Positions 8,722 to 15,290 of a stretch of DNA of 64,000 nt are shown here, in pieces. Position 1 is the first letter of the stretch; each line of letters opens with the position of its first letter. This DNA is from a virus. The position numbers were made by a program, and so were the translations under genes. The notes under the pieces were generated by a model. That model was not told where the DNA came from. It worked only from the letters and a program-made list of their open reading frames with translations, and searched no databases. Location: the IMG/VR virus record IMGVR_UViG_3300034175_000062, positions 36,456 to 100,455 of that record. One strand, 5' to 3'.

Positions 8722-9198
8722 TCAAACGGCATTAATCTTAGCGTCTGCCTCACGAAGGAGTCTGATCTCTGTGTCACGCCGCCACGATGCTTCGCTGCGC
8801 TGCATGCTGTCCCACTTAACACGACCGTCAACGCGGACTGCCCAGCAATAGCCGTCGTCACCGTTCTCCTGACGCATCGTTACACGTCGGGTGAACTTGT
8901 CGGAGGTCGGCTTGATCGACGAGCGAAGATACTCGATACACGCTTTGATGATGGATGGCTGGGTCTCGAAGACGATGCGCTTATACGATCGGTCATAACG
9001 AAATGCCTCTGCCACGAAGTACGACTCAGTACGACGCTTACCAGGTGCCGCCGGCTTCAGCTTACGCTCAGCTACGACTTGGAACTTGCGCGATCCATAC
9101 TTCACACCGATATAGGCGATGTGTGTGGTGTCGTCCTTCTTGCTGGCGCCGAGGTTGGTGACGCCTTTGAAGGTGTATTCTGGCGTAGGTTTCGTCAT
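8722..9198 (-). CDS. Hypothetical phage protein
   Basis: 158 aa, GDDGYCWAV..DG motif. Confidence 0.8.
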   Translation of the reverse strand: MTKPTPEYTFKGVTNLGASKKDDTTHIAYIGVKYGSRKFQVVAERKLKPAAPGKRRTESYFVAEAFRYDRSYKRIVFETQPSIIKACIEYLRSSIKPTSDKFTRRVTMRQENGDDGYCWAVRVDGRVKWDSMQRSEASWRRDTEIRLLREADAKINAV

Positions 9199-9210
9199 GG
9201 CGTTATCTCT

Positions 9211-9525
9211 CTACCAGCGCTTGATCGCGAGGATGGACAGAACGCGACCGAGCAGGGTCGGACACGAGTTGAACGAGGTGAGGACCAGCGATCCACGACC
9301 AAAGCTGCCGAGCGGCGGATGGACTACGCCGACATCGTAGCCATTGCCTGCCTCGTTCTCGAGCCGGATGCGACCGCCGAAATTCTGCTTGACCACCACG
9401 CCCTCGTGGTGGATCGATGCGGGATAGAGGACGAACTTCTCGCCCTTATCGTTGACACCGGCTTCAGCGATGGACTCTACGATGGAGTCCCATTCGACGT
9501 CCGATACAGTGAATTCCTTGCTCAT
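9211..9525 (-). CDS. Hypothetical protein
   Basis: GGAG RBS after promoter; start reassigned. Confidence 0.75.
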   Translation of the reverse strand: MSKEFTVSDVEWDSIVESIAEAGVNDKGEKFVLYPASIHHEGVVVKQNFGGRIRLENEAGNGYDVGVVHPPLGSFGRGSLVLTSFNSCPTLLGRVLSILAIKRW

Positions 9526-9600
9526 GATGATCTCCATCCGTTGATATAGAGATACTAATACGTTTTGGCCTAGTTGTAAAGGCGAATATTCAATTGACAA

Positions 9601-9900
9601 ACAAGAACAGCCAGAGTATAACCCTGGCTGTTCCCGTGGACCTTCATTTTGTAGGCGTTGAGATCGAGTGAGTCTGCAGTTTGTCGCAGTGAGTCAGAGA
9701 TCTATTCGCCTGGGGTTTTGGCCCTATGTGCGTTGGCGCTTGACTGTTACGGTGTTAACGTCCTGCGTCGTAACAGTCTATGTCAGGACAATCCGGAAAT
9801 CCACGTCATGCTTATCGTCTCCGATCGCGCCGTTGGTATTGGAACGCCAGGCCATACTGATACTCTGTGGCCGTTACTGATACTCTATAGCCTTCCAATA
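9601..9900 (-). ncRNA. Candidate ~300-nt multi-domain structured RNA
   Basis: Promoter TTTACA-N17-TAGTAT (9934-9906), terminator 9605-9632, no credible ORF, nested stems and repeated loops. Confidence 0.7.
9605..9632 (-). terminator. Intrinsic terminator
   Basis: GAACAGCCAG/CTGGCTGTTC stem followed by U-rich tract on minus strand. Confidence 0.75.
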
Positions 9901-10037
9901 ACAAGATACTATAACGATTGGTCCTAGTTGTAAAGGACTATATTATGGCCGTCGTGGCTCGACTGCATGCGTGAACAGGAACCACGACGGCCTTCCGACG
10001 TCGGTCGGGTCGCTCCGTAAAGCCCGACGCCGAAACT

Positions 10038-10274
10038 CTAAAGCAATTCAACCTCGTTGATACGAAAGGACATGCAACTGCCAACGTGCGACAGCTCCTT
10101 CCGTATCGTCTCTTCATCGATTGGCTCACCACAGAAGTCGCCAGCCTCGAGAGCGCTCTTTACCGCCTTGTTGAGCGTGCCGCAGACACTCCAGATCGTC
10201 GTCTTGTCGTCAACGAGGTTCTCGACCTCTACGAGGAAGACGGTGGGTGCTTCTCTGGGTACGCCGAAAACCAT
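10038..10274 (-). CDS. Hypothetical protein
   Basis: TGATG-coupled ORF. Confidence 0.7.
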   Translation of the reverse strand: MVFGVPREAPTVFLVEVENLVDDKTTIWSVCGTLNKAVKSALEAGDFCGEPIDEETIRKELSHVGSCMSFRINEVELL

Positions 10275-10459
10275 CAGTCGTCGATCTTCAGTAGAGTGAC
10301 CTCGTTTAGAACGATGGCCATCTCACCATGAACGAAGTGACTGAATACGAAGAAACGACCCCGCCAGTCGATCACGCCAGGTGTAGCGATAGTCGCGGCT
10401 GGGACGTCAGTCTCGTGTACAGTCTGACCGTCCATCGTATTGAGGATCAAATGATACAT
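10274..10459 (-). CDS. Hypothetical protein behind structured leader
   Basis: MYHLILNTMDG...; start reassigned. Confidence 0.65.
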   Translation of the reverse strand: MYHLILNTMDGQTVHETDVPAATIATPGVIDWRGRFFVFSHFVHGEMAIVLNEVTLLKIDD

Positions 10460-10624
10460 AGTGTCTTCCATGCAGCTTATGAGGACGGTGGCGGGTACGA
10501 AACCGCAGAACCCGACAGCAAGAGGGGAGCCAGAAGCCGGGTCACCGTCCACATAAACTGTATTATGTGGCCATTCTATCACGTGATAGGAAAATGTCAA
10601 TGGCTATTTTAGTGCGCCTTGACA

Positions 10625-10750
10625 TTACCCGGGCGCCGGGATATTCTGCCGGTTCGGCTGGGTTTGGGTCATGTAAAGTTTGAGCGTGCCCTGCAGACGC
10701 TTCCGGGGAGTGGGCTGAGAGGTGATCTTCTGCTTCTTGGAGGTATTCAT
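10625..10750 (-). CDS. 41-aa basic peptide (not in ORF track)
   Basis: MNTSKKQKITSQPTPRKRLQGTLKLY..., GGAAGGAAG RBS. Confidence 0.6.
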   Translation of the reverse strand: MNTSKKQKITSQPTPRKRLQGTLKLYMTQTQPNRQNIPAPG

Positions 10751-10786
10751 TGTCTTCTTCCTTCCTTGCTCTGAGAGGGCATCAGC

Positions 10787-10984
10787 TTAAGCTGATGGAA
10801 TGCCGTTGTTCATTCGATAGAGGCGAACTTGTTCTAGGACATCGTCCTCGCTCTGGAGTTCCAGCAGTGCATCGCACGTCATCATGTCGGTGACGATCTC
10901 TGCATCAGTCATTCCCTCGAACGTATAGCCATTTTCAGCTGCGTTCTCAAAGGCTTCCTTAACGAGTTCGGCGAGCGTTATCAT
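10787..10984 (-). CDS. Small acidic protein
   Basis: AGGAG RBS after promoter. Confidence 0.8.
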   Translation of the reverse strand: MITLAELVKEAFENAAENGYTFEGMTDAEIVTDMMTCDALLELQSEDDVLEQVRLYRMNNGIPSA

Positions 10985-11033
10985 GATGATCTCCTATCCA
11001 ATAAAGAGATACTACCACGATATGATCAAATTG

Positions 11034-11219
11034 TCAATGACGATGTTTGATCTCTCGAATGAGTACGCAGGCCGAGAGGATGACGGCCAGGGCGAAGAAC
11101 AGCATGCCAGCCGCTCCGAACCAGTTGGCCAGACTCTCGCTACCGTGTGCTAGGAACCCCGACGACATGCTGATGCAGACGAAGCTCACAACCACGGATA
11201 CGATCAGTATGAAGAGCAT
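11034..11219 (-). CDS. Two-TM membrane protein
   Basis: Two hydrophobic helices. Confidence 0.75.
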   Translation of the reverse strand: MLFILIVSVVVSFVCISMSSGFLAHGSESLANWFGAAGMLFFALAVILSACVLIREIKHRH

Positions 11220-11533
11220 CAGCTGGCCCTCTCCCTCATCTGCTCGATCTCTGCCAGGCCGATGACTCGTGCCGTTCCGTTCTCGATCTTGGTCTTCAAC
11301 TCGGCTAGCTCGTTCGTAACGCGCTTGTCGAGGATCTCCACGATCCGGTCGGAAGTCGCACCAGCCAGCATGCTCTTGATCTCGTCTTCCGACGTCTGCT
11401 TAGCCAGCTGGAGAGCGTGCATGCATGCAGTGACGGTCAGAAAGTTTACGGCGTTGGGCCGTTGGATGAACGATTCAGACGCCGTCCGCATCTCGTTGGT
11501 GCAGATCATGATGGCGTGCTTCTTCATTCCCAT
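11219..11533 (-). CDS. Hypothetical protein
   Basis: GGGAG RBS after promoter. Confidence 0.8.
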   Translation of the reverse strand: MGMKKHAIMICTNEMRTASESFIQRPNAVNFLTVTACMHALQLAKQTSEDEIKSMLAGATSDRIVEILDKRVTNELAELKTKIENGTARVIGLAEIEQMRERAS

Positions 11534-11583
11534 TCGTAGTCTCCCTTATTTGATGACCCATTCTATCACGTGATAGGAAATTG

Positions 11584-12084
11584 TCAATCACTTTGTTCTT
11601 CGTCTGTCTCCGGCTTATAGTTTTCCCAGTCGATCTTAGGGAGGACCATGACGTAGAATACGCCCTCGGCTTGATCGAGCCCCTTCGTGATCGTGATCAG
11701 GTTGACATCGATCCCAGCGACCTCACATTCTGCACGAATGCGTTTGTCGAGCTGATGGATGATGGTTCGTTCATCGTGCCAGTAGAAGACGCGGTTGTGC
11801 CACAACTGGATGATGGCTGGAGCGTTCTCCTTCGAGGTAAACGAGTCGCTCATCTCCCACGACTTGTAGATCTCGGCGTCCATGTGCTCCTGGATGAGCG
11901 TGGCGTCGCCGTTGTCGAACAGCTGCGCCTTATAAGGCTGGTCGTGCTCCGTCGTCCAGATCAGCCAATAGCCACCGTTCATCTCGAACTTGAAGAAGAT
12001 CGACTCGCGGATGTCCCAGCTGTTGATAAACTCATCGAGACCCGGCAGCGTTGTGGTCCGAAATGCACCGTTCATATCGAGCAT
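11584..12084 (-). CDS. Hypothetical protein
   Basis: GGGAG RBS; start reassigned. Confidence 0.8.
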   Translation of the reverse strand: MLDMNGAFRTTTLPGLDEFINSWDIRESIFFKFEMNGGYWLIWTTEHDQPYKAQLFDNGDATLIQEHMDAEIYKSWEMSDSFTSKENAPAIIQLWHNRVFYWHDERTIIHQLDKRIRAECEVAGIDVNLITITKGLDQAEGVFYVMVLPKIDWENYKPETDEEQSD

Positions 12085-12109
12085 GGTGATCTCCCTATCC
12101 AATAAGAAG

Positions 12110-12181
12110 ATACTAATACAAACAAGAAAAAACGTCAAGGCATATTTCAGCCTTGACGTTTGATGTAGTTCGGATTAGGCT
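12110..12181. promoter_or_regulatory. Back-to-back promoter hairpin
   Basis: AAACGTCAAGGC...GCCTTGACGTTT; rightward TTGACG(12153)-N17-TAGGCT. Confidence 0.8.
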
Positions 12182-12441
12182 AGCTGAAGTTGCTGGGTGC
12201 TATCCCAGAGCTTTCTCTCGAGTTCCTCGAGTCCCGAGCCGTCGTATGCAGCAATGGGGATCTTGTTGATCGTAACGATATAGAACTCTGGGCCGATCTC
12301 CTCGATCCAGCCCACGATACGATCTTGTGGGTCGCGATATATGAAGCCGATAGGTGTAACACCCGGGACATCTACATCGCGGCCTAGATTGGTTGTGTAT
12401 CGTCTAAGAGCGATAAACGCATCGAAGTCGAACATAGCCAT
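12175..12441 (-). CDS. Hypothetical protein
   Basis: GGAG RBS. Confidence 0.75.
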   Translation of the reverse strand: MAMFDFDAFIALRRYTTNLGRDVDVPGVTPIGFIYRDPQDRIVGWIEEIGPEFYIVTINKIPIAAYDGSGLEELERKLWDSTQQLQLA

Positions 12442-12474
12442 GACATTTCTCCGTCCCCCCGCATAGGTGGACGT

Positions 12475-12651
12475 TTAGAGGGACTTGTACTTCTCGCTGC
12501 CGTTCGAGCGAGCGAAGCGATCAAATACGCTCTTCGCATTGTCAGCCGAGGTAGCGCCGGACTTGAACTTGGACTTGCCGGTCGACATGGGAACCTTCAT
12601 AACACGAACAGGTTTACCGTCGCGACCGATGTTGGTAATAGGCATGCTCAT
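12475..12651 (-). CDS. 58-aa basic protein (not in ORF track)
   Basis: MSMPITNIGRDGKPVRVMKVPMSTGKSKFKSG..., GGAG RBS after promoter. Confidence 0.7.
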   Translation of the reverse strand: MSMPITNIGRDGKPVRVMKVPMSTGKSKFKSGATSADNAKSVFDRFARSNGSEKYKSL

Positions 12652-12715
12652 ATTTCTCTCTCCATGCTGAGGGTTTCATCTTAACACAGGATAAGGCAGA
12701 TGTAAACCCACTTTG

Positions 12716-12904
12716 TTAAACGACAGGAAAATAATTTACCTGCCAAGAACGGCCAGACCGTGATATAATGGCATACTCGGTCGGCTCGTTGTGAGCGTCT
12801 AGGAGGGCGCCTGGCTTTCTATATAGCAGCCCGCCGTCCTTGACGTCGTAATGGATCGTGTAACCAGACTCGATAACGAGCTTGATGGCGTTCTTCTTCG
12901 TCAT
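12716..12904 (-). CDS. Hypothetical protein
   Basis: TGATG-coupled. Confidence 0.7.
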   Translation of the reverse strand: MTKKNAIKLVIESGYTIHYDVKDGGLLYRKPGALLDAHNEPTEYAIISRSGRSWQVNYFPVV

Positions 12905-13155
12905 CAGCTGATTGGCTGTTTGTACGTGAAGATGCCCTGCTTGTTCTCGACCTCATAGATCACGTTGTCGATTGTGACAGACTGCGCAACGCGGTTCTCG
13001 TCTTCACTGATCGACTGTAGGTTACCGAGAAGCGAACCCTGGATGTACCCGTCTGGGTCTTCCTTGTTGAAGTCGAGGATTCGAATAAGGTCGTTGTGTA
13101 TCTCGTAAGTCATCGTCCAAACGTACGATGCGATGACCATTGCTGCTTTCTTCAA
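12904..13155 (-). CDS. Hypothetical protein
   Basis: In operon; start uncertain. Confidence 0.6.
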   Translation of the reverse strand: MKKAAMVIASYVWTMTYEIHNDLIRILDFNKEDPDGYIQGSLLGNLQSISEDENRVAQSVTIDNVIYEVENKQGIFTYKQPIS

Positions 13156-13415
13156 ACTATTGTTCCATTTGCTTTACACACGAACTCGAGCATGACGCGA
13201 TGTGCTACGTCACCAGGAAGATCGCTAAATCGATTATGATACTCCGCGCCATCGGCGTCGAAGAAGGTGAAGTGGAACTCGGTGGGATGACGATTCGATG
13301 GTATCACTTTACCAGTACGAAACGGACGCTTGAGATGATCCCATGGTCCTGTCTTCGATGGTATGAAACAGGCTCGACGATCTAGTAAGAAACGCGTCGG
13401 CACTTTAATCGTCAT
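13152..13415 (-). CDS. Hypothetical protein
   Basis: MTIKVPTRF..., overlaps stop of ArfA-like ORF. Confidence 0.7.
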   Translation of the reverse strand: MTIKVPTRFLLDRRACFIPSKTGPWDHLKRPFRTGKVIPSNRHPTEFHFTFFDADGAEYHNRFSDLPGDVAHRVMLEFVCKANGTIV

Positions 13416-13539
13416 AGTCGAGTTCTCTCTTGAACGCACGACGGTTATAGGAGGAACCCTTGCCTTTGAACAGGGGCTCGGAACGAGGTTGGAATTGACC
13501 CTGGGAGAGGCCGGCTGCGATGACGTTACGCTTCTTCAT
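13405..13539 (-). CDS. arfA: ArfA-like alternative ribosome-rescue factor (44 aa, not in ORF track)
   Basis: MKKRNVIAAGLSQGQFQPRSEPLFKGKGSSYNRRAFK matches ArfA core N.I.A.L....F..R.E...KGKGSY.R; AAAGGA RBS, own promoter. Confidence 0.7.
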   Translation of the reverse strand: MKKRNVIAAGLSQGQFQPRSEPLFKGKGSSYNRRAFKRELDYDD

Positions 13540-13609
13540 GGTGTGTTCCTTTCGAAGCTTAGTCTAACACAGCCTCCTCAAATTGTCAACCGTTGACATT
13601 CAGTTGTAT

Positions 13610-13885
13610 TTAGCTTATCTTCAACCCACGGTCAAGACGGGCTGCAATAGCCTTCGACCGTACGTAGACCTTAGATGCTGTAGTGAAGGCGTAGTTGCTT
13701 CGCTGGGCGACTAGGACACCATCTCGTGGGCCTCGTGGTCGGTACCACCAGTGGTCCTTATCGAGCGTCCATCGACCGTACTTTTCGCCGGGATTGAACA
13801 GAGAACCGTGACCATCACGCACGTTCTTCTCACGACCAAGGCGTAGTGCCCGTTGGTCCATCGTCTCGTTCTGTATGTCGGACAT
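13610..13885 (-). CDS. Basic hypothetical protein behind structured leader
   Basis: MSDIQNET..., GGAG RBS; start reassigned. Confidence 0.7.
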   Translation of the reverse strand: MSDIQNETMDQRALRLGREKNVRDGHGSLFNPGEKYGRWTLDKDHWWYRPRGPRDGVLVAQRSNYAFTTASKVYVRSKAIAARLDRGLKIS

Positions 13886-14017
13886 TCCATGCTCCGTAGG
13901 GTGTGGGCGCCGACGAGATTGGAAAGGGGTTCGTCGGCGCCCACTGCGGTATAGCATGGAAGGAGTTCAACCGCCCATGCATTATAACACGCAGATGGGA
14001 AAATGTCAAGGGCTATT

Positions 14018-14239
14018 TTAACCCTCGACTAGCTCTCTTGCTTCGATGTTTGTTTGTGCGAGCACCTTAACCTCGGCGAGGCGGAGCATGCTGGCAGCAC
14101 CACCCGGCCAGGACTTTACGACCGCTTCGAACCGCTTGATCGCGTTCTCAGGAGTGTCACGGAATCGGCTACCAGTCGACTCCCAGCCAATCGGGTGTAC
14201 GTACGTTTCGATGACATACGAGACACAGCCTTTCGCCAT
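14018..14239 (-). CDS. Hypothetical protein
   Basis: GGGAG RBS. Confidence 0.75.
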   Translation of the reverse strand: MAKGCVSYVIETYVHPIGWESTGSRFRDTPENAIKRFEAVVKSWPGGAASMLRLAEVKVLAQTNIEARELVEG

Positions 14240-14240
14240 G

Positions 14241-14519
14241 TTAGCGAGCTCCCTTATGTTCGAACCAAGCCTTAGCGATGAAGTTCTCTTCGAGGTAGGT
14301 CACGATCTTCTTCTCGGCTTCATCGTCCTCTGCGTTAGCATGAAGCTCCTCCCACGTCTTACCGCAGGCAAGCTGGAAGCCGATGATATCGTACCAGTAC
14401 TCGACCCACCGCTTTGGATGAACCTCGACACCGAGCATAGCACACAGCTCTTTGTCCACCTCTTCGAGGGGAACGACCTGTCCGGTACGCTTGGATGTTA
14501 GACTAAAGCAGTTCGGCAT
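14241..14519 (-). CDS. Hypothetical phage protein
   Basis: AGGAGG RBS after promoter. Confidence 0.85.
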   Translation of the reverse strand: MPNCFSLTSKRTGQVVPLEEVDKELCAMLGVEVHPKRWVEYWYDIIGFQLACGKTWEELHANAEDDEAEKKIVTYLEENFIAKAWFEHKGAR

Positions 14520-14578
14520 AGCCGTTTCCTCCTATCCGTTACTATGATACTAACACGATAGGAGGAAAACGTCAAGGG

Positions 14579-14959
14579 CTATTTCATACGCCAGACCATC
14601 AGGTACTTCTGCTCGAGATATCGAGTGTACCAGTGGTACTTGCCCTTCGCGTTGATCGCATAGAGCTGTTGGCGGAATCGTTGAGCCTCGTGGGGAGGCA
14701 TCTCGTAGATCGAATTGGCTGCGATCGGGAGCTCCATAGCATGAGCTATGATGTTCGCATATCCCTTAATCACGCTTGGCTGAGGTGAGCTGATGCCCTG
14801 CTCAGAGGGTGAAGCTGATTGGCTGGGAGATTCTACCATAGGAGAATACCACCTCTCGGACAAGGTCTTATCCTTGGTCCGAGCTAGTCGCTTGGCGAGG
14901 AGACGCTTGGGCTCCTTGATCCGCCGGTCAGCCACTCGATTCTGAAGTCTTAACGTCAT
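14579..14959 (-). CDS. Hypothetical protein
   Basis: GGAGG RBS after promoter. Confidence 0.75.
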   Translation of the reverse strand: MTLRLQNRVADRRIKEPKRLLAKRLARTKDKTLSERWYSPMVESPSQSASPSEQGISSPQPSVIKGYANIIAHAMELPIAANSIYEMPPHEAQRFRQQLYAINAKGKYHWYTRYLEQKYLMVWRMK

Positions 14960-15025
14960 ACATCCTCCATGCTACGTATAACCTATTTTATACACATGAC
15001 TGGATAAAGTAAAGGCCTTATTACC

Positions 15026-15054
15026 TTGACAATTTACTCGATGCTGTATATAAT
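15026..15054 (+). promoter_or_regulatory. Perfect sigma70 promoter facing a non-coding stretch
   Basis: TTGACA-N17-TATAAT. Confidence 0.85.
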
Positions 15055-15232
15055 GCCTATGGCCTTTCAAACACAGTAGTATGATCAGTTAGAAGGGATC
15101 TGAGAGGATCTAACTGATAGATTGTTAGTCCTACCATATCAGTGGTAAGTGACTCAGAGGGCACTCAGATTAACTACAGCATAGGGATATGAGATGTATG
15201 TACGTGTATGCTGTATCTGTCTTACGCACAAA

Positions 15233-15270
15233 CAAAAAGAGGGAACCCATTGCTGAGCTCCCTCTTTGTT
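15233..15270. terminator. Intrinsic terminator, likely bidirectional
   Basis: AAAAAGAGGG...CCCTCTTTGTT. Confidence 0.75.
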
Positions 15271-15290
15271 GGACCGAAGTGGTGTGGCTG

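Larger units (their letters stand above)
1090..15060 (-). repeat. Dispersed early promoter/RBS cassette element (~24 copies)
   Basis: Minus-strand consensus AAAATAGCCC-TTGACR/TTTACA-N16-17-TAGAAT/TAGTAT-...-AGGAG at ~1110, 1745, 2095, 3055, 3575, 4290, 4730, 5060, 5710, 6435, 6970, 7940, 8710, 9565, 9920, 10585, 11025, 11575, 12125, 12690, 13575, 13995, 14560, 15000. Confidence 0.9.

Noticed and set aside
9855-9886. AGAGTATCAGTA direct repeats as a mini-CRISPR array
   Set aside because: Only two 12-nt copies 8 nt apart; too short for repeat-spacer units
3041-12181. Cassette hairpins as integron attC sites
   Set aside because: Geometry is similar (stop codon at the edge of an imperfect inverted repeat) but canonical RYYYAAC/GTTRRRY cores are not conserved, no integrase is in the window, and promoter boxes explain the conserved bases
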